Of a DNA stretch of 64,000 nucleotides, positions 31,680-42,585 are shown piece after piece. This DNA comes from an uncultured Verrucomicrobiae bacterium (GTDB lineage Bacteria > Verrucomicrobiota > Verrucomicrobiia > Limisphaerales > AAA164-E04): assembly GCA_951813855.1 (NCBI GenBank), contig OX638380.1:201060-265059 (forward strand), written 5' to 3'. The translations under genes were made by a program, and so were the position numbers. The notes under the pieces were generated by a model. It had not been told where the DNA came from. It did no database searches and worked only from the letters and a program-made list of their open reading frames with translations. Each line of letters starts with the position of its first letter. Positions within the stretch are counted from its first letter, which is position 1.

Positions 31680-32270
31680 GGTCGGATCACGATAGCAAGT
31701 TCGACGCAAAAACCAACGCGAAATCGGGATGGGAGAGAAATCGTCGGATCCAATTCTCGGTTACCCTACCCTGAGTTCAGTGTGATTTGCCGGATTCTGT
31801 TCGGGAGCGGACGAGAGGAACGGAAGCACGATAATCTCCTAAGCAACCGAATAAATCGCTCGACTAGAGGCGACGATTCCGCAATCGTCACGCAGCGTTT
31901 GATCCGGCATATCCGGGGAAAAGCGAACCGAAAAGAGATCAACACTCCCCCTAGTTCATTCGAAAAACTGGACATCAAATTGAAGATCGCCTAATTTCGC
32001 CGGGATTGAACCGGCATCACGAACTTATGGAATCACCCTTGTCCCAAATTGATCAATCTGGTACATAGGCGATTTACAATTGAGGACAGATCACGCTGAT
32101 AACCAATCAACCACGACCACGAAGCCAGAACGATGGACCAATTCGGCCACAACCAGATCGTATCCTTCCTCCGTAGTGCGAAAACCAACCTCGAGTCGCG
32201 TTCGGAATTTAACCCCGGACGGTTGAATTCTTTCGGTAGTCGCTGAAAATAGTGAATCCCCGCGACAGCG

Positions 32271-32534
32271 ATGACTAAAACTGAAAGTGATCTTGAAGAG
32301 TCTCTTGTCACTAAGCTACTGGAACTCAAATACGAACATCGTCGCGAAATTCGTGATCGAGCAACGCTTGAAACGAACTTCAGGAAAAAGTTCGAAGCTT
32401 TGAATCGTGTCAATTTATCCGACAACGAGTTCAAGCGACTCCTCGATCAGATCGTAACACCCGACGTGTACAAGGCCGCACGCTCCTTACGGAACCGAGA
32501 AACTTTCATCCGAGACGACGGCACACCGCTTAAC
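32271..32534 (+). pseudogene. hsdR: 5' stub of a second type I restriction subunit R, cut by an IS
   Basis: ESDLEESLVTKLLELKY…LETNFRKKFEALNRVNLSDNEF…RDDGTPL is a typical HsdR N-terminus. It stops at the IS end. Confidence 0.8.
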
Positions 32535-34329
32535 TAGTGTCTGGTCCAAAAGGGACAATTTTCAATAAATCCTGCATTTCAAGCGGTTTTTTTGTAACAT
32601 TTTGTTCGATTTATTTGTCTAACATTCGAGTCGGAACTTTGATTTTTACCTGAAAAATGGACTTTCAGCGTCCTTGAGACCAATCGTCAGCGTCTTTGAG
32701 ACTAATCTTCGATTTCTAACATGAGAATCTTCAGAACCACTCAACCCGCATTTCAACCAGTACCCTTCGAGGAAATTAAGTTCGACCCCACGCAACGTGA
32801 TGGCGTCGTTCGAATCTTGATTGGGCTACAGAGTGTTTATGGTAACGAATCATTATGGCTCCAGATACAGCAGCTGCTGGAAAATCATTTTCAACAGTTC
32901 GGCGACCAAGGATTCGGTCGTCCAGGCATGAGTGCTTGGACGATTCTAGTTCTGGCTCTCATCAAACACAGTTTAAGATGCAATTACGATCTTTTGCTAA
33001 CCCTCGCTAATTATCATAAGCAGTTGCGATTTGTCTTAGGCCATGGTGATTTCGAACCGGGGGGAGAATATAAACGAACCACCGTGATTCAAAACGTCAA
33101 TCTCTTGACTCCCGAATTGATTGAGGAAATCAACTTGCTGATCGTCAAGCATGGTCAGCAGGTTGCGGGGCATCAAGAAGGAGACCAACTCAAAACGCGT
33201 TGCGATTCGTTCGTGGTGGAAACGGATGTCCATTATCCCACCGATCTCAATTTGCTCTATGATTGCATTCGAACTCTGATTCGTGAATGCAAAAAACGGA
33301 ACCTGAAGGGGTGGAGGCAAAGTCACCATTGGCTGAAGAAGATTCGGAAATTGTTTTTTTCCGTTCGCACCGCTCAGCTGGCGAACCGCCGTCTCGACCA
33401 GGTCCAGGCTTATCTGAAGGCCTGCGACCAAATCCTGGAGCGAGCCAGTGCGTCGTGGGATCGGCTGAGGGAGAAAAAGAAGATCAAGGCGAAAAAACAC
33501 CAGCAAATCCAAGGTTTTTTGAAATTCGGTCGTCTCTTGTCGCGTCAAGCGGATCGGCGAATTCTACAAGGAGAAACCATTCCGGCGGACGAAAAGATCT
33601 ATTCCGTATTCGAACCTCATACGCGGTGGATCCAGAAAGGAAAGGCAGGCAAACCGGTAGAACTCGGGGTGCCCGTTTGCATCGTGGAAGATCAACACCA
33701 ATTTGTTTTGACTTATCGGGTCATGTGGCAAGAAGAGGATGTGCACGTGGCCATCCCGATCCTCGAGGAGACCAAAAAACTATTTCCAGACTTGTTCAGT
33801 TGCAGTTTCGACAAAGGGTTTCATAATCCACCTAATCAGGAGAAACTCCGGGAGATGGTTCCAGAAGTAACCTTGCCCAAAAAAGGGAAACTTACCAAAA
33901 AGGAGCAAGAACGCGAGACTACCGAGGCTTTCAAAATCGCCCGGAAGCAACATCCCGCTGTCGAATCAGCCATCAACCATTTGGAACACCGAGGCCTCAA
34001 TCGAGTCTACTCCTACGGCTCAGACGGATTCAAACGCACCGTAGCTCTAGCCGTTCTCTGTGCCAATTGTTGTCGCCTTGGCAGCCTCGTTCGAAACAAG
34101 GAGCTGCAGCGTCTCTCCAAGCCATTGGTTCGTCCGAAAGCGGCTTAACTAAATCGCCAAATCAATGTCAAGAATGGGAGAGGTGCGTCTTGAATTCTGT
34201 AAAAGATCAAAAAAAAATCGTTTTAAGATAAATATGTCGATTTAACCACTTATTTCGATCTAATTTGAAATTATTTTTTTAGTTTTTAAAGAAATCAACT
34301 ATGGATTTTGACTTTTGGACTAGACACTA
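32535..34329 (+). mobile_element. ISNCY/IS5-like insertion sequence, complete
   Basis: IRs TAGTGTCTGGTCCAAAAG / CTTTTGGACTAGACACTA enclose a 475-aa ORF. Confidence 0.88.
32721..34148 (+). CDS. DDE transposase (ISNCY/IS5-like)
   Basis: GRPGM, DSFVVETDVHYPTD, KIYSVFEPHT, KGKAGKPVELG, SFDKGF, AVESAINHLE. Confidence 0.9.
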   Translation: MRIFRTTQPAFQPVPFEEIKFDPTQRDGVVRILIGLQSVYGNESLWLQIQQLLENHFQQFGDQGFGRPGMSAWTILVLALIKHSLRCNYDLLLTLANYHKQLRFVLGHGDFEPGGEYKRTTVIQNVNLLTPELIEEINLLIVKHGQQVAGHQEGDQLKTRCDSFVVETDVHYPTDLNLLYDCIRTLIRECKKRNLKGWRQSHHWLKKIRKLFFSVRTAQLANRRLDQVQAYLKACDQILERASASWDRLREKKKIKAKKHQQIQGFLKFGRLLSRQADRRILQGETIPADEKIYSVFEPHTRWIQKGKAGKPVELGVPVCIVEDQHQFVLTYRVMWQEEDVHVAIPILEETKKLFPDLFSCSFDKGFHNPPNQEKLREMVPEVTLPKKGKLTKKEQERETTEAFKIARKQHPAVESAINHLEHRGLNRVYSYGSDGFKRTVALAVLCANCCRLGSLVRNKELQRLSKPLVRPKAA

Positions 34330-34331
34330 AC

Positions 34332-34834
34332 TAGTGTCTGGTCCAAAAGGGACGATTTTTCAATAAATCCTGCATTTTAAGCGGTTTTTTTTGTAACATT
34401 TTGTTCGATTTATTTGTCTAACATTCGAGTCGGAACTTTGATTTTTACCTGAAAAATGGACTTTCAGCGTCTTTGAGACCAATCGTCAGCATCTTTGAGA
34501 CTGATCTTCGATTTCTAACATGAGAATCTTCAGAACCACTCAACCCGCATTTCAACCCGTACCCTTCGAGGAAATTAAGTTCGACCCCACGCAACGTGAT
34601 GGCGTCGTTCGAATCTTGATTGGGCTACAGAGTGTTTATGGTAACGAATCATTATGGCTCCAGATACAGCAACTGCTGGAAAATCATTTTCAACAGTTCG
34701 GCGACCAAGGATTCGGTCGTCCAGGCATGAGTGCTTGGACGATTCTAGTTCTGGCTCTCATCAAACACAGTTTAAGATGCAATTACGATCTTTTGCTAAC
34801 CCTTGCTAATTATCATAAGCAGTTGCGATTTGTC
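34332..34834 (+). mobile_element. Tandem second copy of the same IS, truncated by IS66
   Basis: Near-identical to 32535-33035. ORF 34520..34846 repeats the first ~105 aa. Confidence 0.92.
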
Positions 34835-36797
34835 GTAATTGATTAGCGGGTTTGAACGCCATTTTGAACTAAACGATCTGACGAAAAGGATGCATTCCCA
34901 TGATCAAGGATTTCATATTTCGCTTTTGTCAGGAGATGAGTGATCTCATTCCATCCGACGTCCTTGGTTGATCGTCTTGCGGCTTCAGATCAAATATCCT
35001 CGACCAACAACGTTGGCTTTCGAGTGGCATTCGATTGCCGTTCCAGCAAAATTACGGGAATAATCCCAAGCTCCATGATTTCGGAAAACCAATGCTGAAA
35101 GCACGATAAGACCCGAGCCGGTATCAACCGAGGGTGATCGAACTGAGAACTAAAGCGCTGACGCCAACGTCTCCAAAACCGACTCCTTTTTCAGGCGAGA
35201 GGTAGCCGTGACGCTAGTGATGGCCGCCCGACTCTGAGCCCCTCTCTGATTTTTCGAGCACTGGGAAACCTTCCGAGCCTTGACGCCCGGTCGCAGAGCC
35301 CGTTCGGCTCGATTGTTGGTCGGTTCAAGCTTCGGATGGTCCAGAAATCGAAGCAACTGGCCCTTTTGATTCTGGAGCCACAAGCTATTCAGCATCTTTT
35401 GATTATCCGGATCACTCAAGGATCGTGGTCTCAGATGATGATCGAGCTTTTGTTTCAAGTCGATCACTGCCGTCTGAAATTCCCTCGCGGTCCCATGGCC
35501 TGCGAGATTCAACTCCCTCAATTCCATGGCTTGTCGAAAGACATCTTTCGTATAATTGGCGAACCACTTCCCTTTGCCAGCTTTCCGGTCGGCCAAATCG
35601 GTCAAATTTCGTTGCCGGTGAGCCAGGCATCTTTGCTGGGGCACGGAATCAAAGCTCTGATGTTGGTAACTCGTAAAACCGTCAACGACCACGATTCCCC
35701 GAAACGAAGGATCGATCACTTGGGCCACCTCGGCCGCACGATGATGCCGTTCAATTTGATAATAAATCGCCTTCTCGTTGCAAAACGTCATCAAAAAATG
35801 GGGGGTTCCCCCGACTTTCCAACCGGTATCGTCCGTGTGAATGATATCCGCTTGAGCCAGTTCCGCCTTGATTTCCTGAGCCAGTTCGCCAAGTTTCCCT
35901 TGCTCCGCCGCCTTCAGAGCCTTCTGGGTGATCGCACTTTGGGTCACGGGGATCTGGAGATAATCGTTGAGCACCTTCTCCGCCTGGCGTAATGACATTC
36001 CCGAATCGTAATGCAAGGCCAAGGCCAAAGCATAGACTCGGGAGCCAATCCGATGAGCCGTCGCTCCAAACTGATCCTTCGCTAATTCAGGATGCGTGCC
36101 CGGACCTTGTGTCCGCATCCCGTGCACTCCGCGACCTCAATCGAAAAGTATTTGATCACTCGGCCAATGAGTCGGGGCAGATCAATCGTCGTCGCGGTTT
36201 CCGAGGCTTGTCGCTCAAGTTTCGCCCCGCACTTCGGACAGGCCTCGGTATCCAGGGAAGCCTGAAACTCTTGGATTTCATCAGGTTCTCGGGGCTCCGG
36301 CGCTGGTTTATGGCGAAACTTTCCTTGCCCCGGTTTGCGACCGGGCTTTTGGGGGTTTTCTTTGCGTTTGCCCTTGGAAAAAGGGGTAGCCGAACGATGG
36401 TTTTCTCTCTCCGACGATTCCAGTTGTTGCCGCAAATCCTGGTTTTCTTGTTTCAATTGGTCGGCAATCTCGAAATCTGCCGAGAGCGATGCGGGATCAG
36501 TTTGGCAACCACAGGAGCCGATCTGTTGTTGCAAATCTCGGATCAATTGCCGCAATTTCCGAATAACGTTCCGTAATTTCTGATTCTGTTGCTGCAGTTT
36601 CTGATTTTCCGCTTCCAGCGTCTCCACGCGCTGCATCGCAAGCTCAAGAGCCTTAACCAATTCCGCTGGATCCGCTTCGTGCAGTCGATGAGGATCAATC
36701 CCCGGCATGTTGCCTATTATAGCCTCATTAAAAAAAAAGTCAAGTCGAACCTCGAAATTCCTTGAAAAAACCCCATTTTTACCCGCTAATCAATTAC
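34835..36797 (-). mobile_element. IS66-family element with a single TnpC-like ORF (ISBst12-like), frameshifted
   Basis: IR GTAATTGATTAGCGGGT at both ends; CPKCG, HTDDTGW, QRCLAH and PTNNRAERALR motifs. A 1-nt deletion near 36100 relative to the second copy splits ORFs 36082..36708 and 35150..36127. Confidence 0.9.
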
Positions 36798-36949
36798 GGA
36801 TCAGGTATCTAGGCAGTTACAAATATTTTTCATTTTTCGGATTAATAAATTCCTGATCAATTATGACATTACTTTTGCAAAGATTGATCGCAAGCCAATT
36901 TGCACGATTCTGCCCAGTATTCAACGAGTTTGGGGTTTTCGGGCAGACA

Positions 36950-37017
36950 CTATTTAACATATTTATAAATAAATTTCATGCAATTACTATCTGGCCTGAC
37001 TTTAGTGGGAATTGCTG
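36950..37017 (+). mobile_element. Orphan right end of the unclassified DDE element seen at 56082-60347
   Basis: TATTTAACATATTTATAAATAAATTTCA…AGTGGGAATTGCTG matches 60281-60347. Confidence 0.85.
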
Positions 37018-38420
37018 TGAAAACTGCCTTCCGGGGATTTACGAAAGTCCCAAGGACCGCCGGTCATGGGATTGTTGAGGGGTTGTTGTTTCCCGGATTA
37101 CATTGGTGAGAATTGGTCGTTTTGACCCACTATTTCTTAGATCGTGTTGGGTCGTTATCTGGGTGTTTCAGATCTTCGAAGACGCGATTCAAGGAACTTT
37201 TTTCCAAGCAGTTTGATTTTAAGAAGCGATGATGTCTTTGGTCTGACGTTGTCATGTCGGCGATGCGCAGTAGAAGTCACCAGAGTCGAAATTACCCGCA
37301 CCATGGTGCGATCCAACGGTAGCCTATTCCGAATGATGACCGCCCGTTCCCGGAAAACGGTCGTTGGCTTCCGGTTGCCCGTTTCCACCGTTGGAACCCA
37401 TACCAATCATTGCCGCTTCAACTCGGTTATCGACTACCGGATTACTAACCAAGTCTTACTCCTGTTGCAGCCAAAAATAATCCGGGACATTTGGCTTAAA
37501 TGAATTTGAATTACAACATAACGGATCATTGGTCCGAAGCGATGATAAATCAGTAATTGATTAGCGGGTTAAAATGGGGTTTTTTCAAGGAATTTCGAGG
37601 TTCGACTTGACTTTTTTAAATGAGGCTATAATAGGCAACATGCCGGGGATTGATCCTCATCGACTGCACGAAGCGGATCCAGCGGAATTGGTTAAGGCTC
37701 TTGAGCTTGCGATGCATCGCGTGGAGACGCTGGAAGCGGAAACTCAGAAATTGCAGCAACAGAATCAGAAATTCCGGAACGTTAATCGGAAATTGCGGCA
37801 ATTGATCCGAGATTTGCAACAACAGATCGGCTCCTGTGGTTGCCAAACTGATCCCGCATCGCTCTCGGCAGATTTCGAGATTGCCGACCAATTGAAACAA
37901 GAAAACCAGATTGAGTCCCAAGTAGTGGTGTAACTAACCCTTCGGAAGAGCAGCTTGGTTCGGGCTTCTCGGCAGAAGCTGGATCACCACGATTACCACC
38001 CCGACTCGTGTCGGGATTTCGGGGCATGATGTCGAAATCTGGACCAGGGACAAGACTTTTTTTCGGTGGACCGAAATATGTTTTGCGGGGGTCACGCATG
38101 ACGACCTGCGGCCGTAGCACTCGTTTCCTGGGATGAGTCAAGCAAGGGACTCGGAAGAGATCAGGAGAGCTATTCCGGGGCTCGTCGCCTACGATCTGGC
38201 GGGACAAACCAATTCCGGATCGCATCATGCCCGAGAGGAGACACTTCGGTGCGTGGCGGTGGTCAATTCCGCCACGCGTCCCTTGACGCTACTTGAAAAA
38301 AACTACTTGGAAAAAAAAGCACCTGGAAACACGCCTCCCAAGGAAAGGAATCCGAGAGTGCGGGGCCATCTCGGCGACCTTCCGATTGACGAGGGCTAAC
38401 CCTCCGCCTGTGGCGGACGA

Positions 38421-39652
38421 TCAAGCGCCGGCGACGATTGGTCGGATCGCTCCGGGATCCAAGTAGTGTTTCTCGTTCTGCCACTGGCGGTTTTGCTGCA
38501 GGAGCAGAGTGCCCACGAGGCGAAGGATCGAGTTGACGTCAGGAAAGACGCCTACGGTATCCGTGCGCCGTTTGATTTCCCGGTTAAGTCGTTCGATTGG
38601 ATTGGTGCTGTGAAGTTGGTTCTGCCAGGCGAGGGGAAACTGCTGATACGCCAAGACCTCGTTTTGGGCTTGGATCATCATTTCCGAGATTTGGGGATAT
38701 TGAGCTGCCAATTGATCGGCCACCTGTAGCCAACGACACGGGGATTCGCTCGGTTGATTCGCCTCGGAGGGGGGGGATTCGCCGGGATTCCGGACGGTTC
38801 CCGAGCGGTTTCGGGCTCGTCCGTTCGGAACGCGGATCGGATCAGTTCGGCGACTCGGGCTTGATCGCTCCGGGGGACATGCGCCAGCAAATTCCGCATG
38901 AAATGCACGCGGCAACGTTGTCGCCGCGAAGGCATCACCGCCGCGATCGCGGCCTTGAGGCCTTCGTGTTCGTCGGAGATGATCAGCCGGACTGGTTTCA
39001 AACCTCGGTGCTGCAATGATCGGAGGAACTCGGACCAGCTTTTCTGGGATTCGCTGGAAACGACCTCCAACCCCAACACCTCGCGGCGTCCTTCCGAATC
39101 GACTCCCAGAGCGATCAAGACGGCGACTGACCGGACGTGTCCGTCGAGGCGGACTTTCAAATAGGTGGCGTCGAGCCAGAGAAACCTCCAGTCGCCCTCG
39201 ATCGGGCGTTGGCGAAACTCTTGAACCCGTTGATCGAGTTCCCGGCAGATTCGGGACACTTGGCTGCGAGAGAGGTTCGTCGTGCCCAGCGCTTCGGCGA
39301 GTCGCTTCATGCTTCGAGTGGAAACGCCCGGCACCCAAGCCTCCCGAACGACGCCGAGCAAGGTCTCTTCGACGAGACGGCGCCGGGTCAGGAACTGGGG
39401 AAAATAGCTGCCTTTCCGGAGCTTGGGAATCAGCAATTCGAGGTAGCCGACGCAGGTTTGCCAGCCCCGTTTCCGATAGCCGTTGCGTTGATTGGATCGT
39501 TGGGAACGGCGCTGATGAGGCCGGGCGCCGATGAGAGTGGCCACTTCCTCTTCCATGATCCAATTCAACGTGCAACTCATCAGTTCCCGAAGGAAATTGC
39601 ACGTCGGCAGCTTGACTTGGGTTAGCCAAGCCGATAGGGTGTCGGTCGTCAT
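38421..39652 (-). pseudogene. IS256 transposase B, frameshifted near a G run (~38770)
   Basis: RNGYR, IPKLRKGSYFP, GVSTR, WLDATY, ISDEHEGL and QRCRVHF in one frame; STNPIERLNREIKRR in another. Confidence 0.88.
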
Positions 39653-39767
39653 CTCGGGGTGGTTTCGGAGATTTTGGTTTTCTGACTAAGCGCCGAGACT
39701 CTGATCGCGCTCCGGGATGACGGCAAGTCGAATCTGAGAGCGATTACCGGTTTCGCCGACGGTCGGG

Positions 39768-41005
39768 TCACTGGCGATCCGGCTCCGGGTCGGTCTTGTC
39801 GGCGTCGCAAACCCGAGCCAGATCCACGAGGTTCAGATAACTTCGCGCCACGGCCCATTCGTCGTTCTGTTCCATCAACAAGGCCCCGACCAAGCGGAGG
39901 ATGGCGGACTCACAGGGAAAGATTTCGACGGTTCGGGAGCGGCGTTTGATTTCCTTGTTCAAGCGTTCGATCGGATTGGTGCTGCAGATTTTGGGGTGCA
40001 GGCTTTCGGGGTAGGAAAGATAGGCGAGAACTTCCGATTCGGCCTCGTCCATCAGTTGGGCGACCTTGGGAAACCGGCTCCTCAATTCCTCGGCGATCTT
40101 GCCCCATTGTTGTTGAGCCGAAACCTGCTGCCGAAAGGCGAAAACCGTGCGAACCTGGCTGCCGATCGCCGCTCGCTCGCCTTTGCGGACGTGAGCCAGG
40201 AGATTACGCAAGAAGTGCACTTTGCAACGTTGCCACGAAGTGGCCAGCGTGCGCTGAATGGCAGCCTCCAACCCTTGATGGTGATCGGAGATTACCAATT
40301 GCACGCCGCGAAGCCCACGGCGCAGCAGTTTCCGGAGGAAATCGGTCCAGAACGTTTCCGCTTCGCTGCAGCCGAGTTCGAGTCCCAGCACCTCGCGTCG
40401 GCCTTGGTCGTTGACGCCCAGCGGTCCAACCAAAGAAACGGCCACTGGCCTTCGAGCGGTCGATCCAGGAACGATCCCACGCGAGTATCGAGTTCCTGGC
40501 ACTGGCGGGAAACTTCGCTGCGCTTGACACCGCTCAAGCCCATGGCTTGCACCAGGCGATCGACGTTGCGCGTCGAGATCCCTTGCACGTAGGCTTCTTG
40601 AATGACCGAAGTCAACGCGGCTTCCGAGAGCCGGCGCGGGGTCAGAAAGGAGGGAAAGTAACTGCCGTGGCGCAATTTGGGGATCTGCAACTCCACTTCA
40701 CCGGCCCGCGTCTTCCAAGCTCGAGCTCGATAGCCGTTGCGCCACGTGGTGCGTTCGGGATTATTTTCGCCTAACGCCGCCCCGATCAAGGCGGCGACTT
40801 CCTCTTCCATGATCTGTTGCGCCTGTTGGCGGATCATATCCCGGATCAGATTCGGATCGCCATCGAACTCGGGGAGATCTGGTTTCGGTTGGTTCGGATC
40901 GTTCATCTCCAATAGTTCTTCCTTGGTTGGGCGATAATCCCAATCTGCCGAAAGTCCCTGGAGGAGACCGATCACTCGACATCTTTCGATTCCCGGAGGC
41001 CCCAA
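39768..41005 (-). pseudogene. IS256 transposase A, with an internal deletion/frameshift after FLWLD
   Basis: RNGYR, IPKLRHGSYFP and GISTR in one frame; GRREVLG, ISDHHQGL, QRCKVHF and STNPIERLNKEIKRR in another. Confidence 0.88.
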
Positions 41006-41048
41006 ACTACGGTCGCTACGCTCCCTTCGTTGGGGGCCTCCGGGAATC
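40988..41048. repeat. 16-bp perfect inverted repeat (hairpin) inside the IS256 left end
   Basis: GATTCCCGGAGGCCCC … GGGGCCTCCGGGAATC, with GGTCGCTACGCTCCC in the loop. Confidence 0.9.
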
Positions 41049-42585
41049 CACTCCTACACCACTAAATGGGACACAAGCGAAAACCAGGATTGGCGGCAAC
41101 AACTGGAAACGTCAGAGAGAGAAAACCATCGTTCGGCTACCCCTTTTTCCAAGGGCAAACGCAAAGATAACCCCCAAAAGCCCGGTCGCAAACCTGGGCA
41201 AGGAAAGTTTCGCCATAAACCAGCGCCGGAGCCCCAAGAACCGGATGAAATCCAAGAGTTTCAGGCTTCCTTGGATACCGAGGCCTGTCCGAAGTGCGGG
41301 GCGAAACTTGAGCGACAAGCCTCGGAAACTGCGACGACGATTGATCTGCCCCGACTCATTGGCCGAGTAATCAAATACTTTTCGATTGAGGTTGCGGAGT
41401 GCACGGGATGCGGACACAAGGTCTGGGGCACGCATCCTGAATTAGCGAAGGATCAGTTTGGAGCGACGGCTCATCGGATTGGCTCCCGAGTCTATGCTTT
41501 GGCGTTGGCCTTGCATTACGATTTGGGAATGTCATTGCGCCAGACGGAGAAGGTGCTCAACGATTATTTCCAGATCCCCGTGACCCAAAGTGCGATCACC
41601 CAGAAGGCTCTGAAGGCGGCGGAGCAAGGGAAACTTGGCGAACTGGCTCAGGAAATCAAGGCGGAACTGGCTCAAGCGGATATCATTCACACGGACGATA
41701 CCGGTTGGAAAGTCGGGGGAACCCCCCATTTTTTGATGACGTTTTGCAACGAGAAGGCGATTTAAAAAGATGCTGAATAGCTTGTGGCTCCAGAATCAAA
41801 AGGGCCAGTTGCTTCGATTTCTGGACCATCCCAAGCTTGAACCGACCAACAATCGAGCCGAACGGGCTCTGCGACCGGGCGTCAAGGCTCGGAAGGTTTC
41901 CCAGTGCTCGAAAAATCAGAGAGGGGCTCAGAGTCGGGCGGCCATCACTAGCGTCACGGCTACCTCTCGCCTGAAAAAGGAGTCGGTTTTGGAGACGTTG
42001 GCGTCAGCGCTTTAGTTCTCAGTTCGATCACCCTCGGTTGATACCGGCTCGGGTCTTATCGTGCTTTCAGCATTGGTTTTCCGAAATCATGGAGCTTGGG
42101 ATTATTCCCGTAATTTTGCTGAAACGGCAATCGAATGCCACTCGAAAGCCAACGTTGTTGGTCGAGGATATTTGATCTGAAGCCGCAAGACGATCAACCA
42201 AGGACGTCGGATGGAATGAGATCACTCATCTCCTGACAAAAGCGAAATATGAAATCCTTGATCATGGGAATGCATCCTTTTCGTCAGATCATTTAGTTCA
42301 AAATGGCGTTCAAACCCGCTAATCAATTACAATAAATCAAAAATCAAACCGAAATCAAGAGCCGGTCAATTTAGGGAGTGAATCAAAGCAGGTTTTACCC
42401 CCGAGATGTTCGATTGGTATTCGATAAAGTAGCGTTGAAATTTAATAGAGCGGATTTATTATGCCAATCATATGACTAACACGTATTATTGACGGTAACC
42501 GGTAACGGTTATCCCAATCAAACCGACGGTTCTTAATCGTAGAAATTATCGGGTATGTCAAATTAACAAATATTATCAAAACCGC

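Larger units (their letters stand above)
37909..41078 (-). mobile_element. IS256-family element carrying two different transposase genes in tandem
   Basis: IRs GATTGAGTCCCAAGTAGTGGTGTA / rc GCTTGTGTCCCATTTAGTGGTGTA. An 8-bp target duplication GAAAACCA lies at 37901-37908 and 41079-41086. Confidence 0.9.
37553..42330 (+). mobile_element. Second IS66-family copy, inverted relative to the first, interrupted by an IS256 composite and internally deleted
   Basis: Same IRs. The ORF is broken at 37909, resumes at 41079, and has a deletion at about 41764 (NEKAI joined to KMLNSLW). Confidence 0.9.

Noticed and set aside
32666-32707. 22-bp tandem duplication upstream of the transposase
   Set aside because: Only two units, and it is part of the IS left end (repeated at about 34465). 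It is not an independent array.
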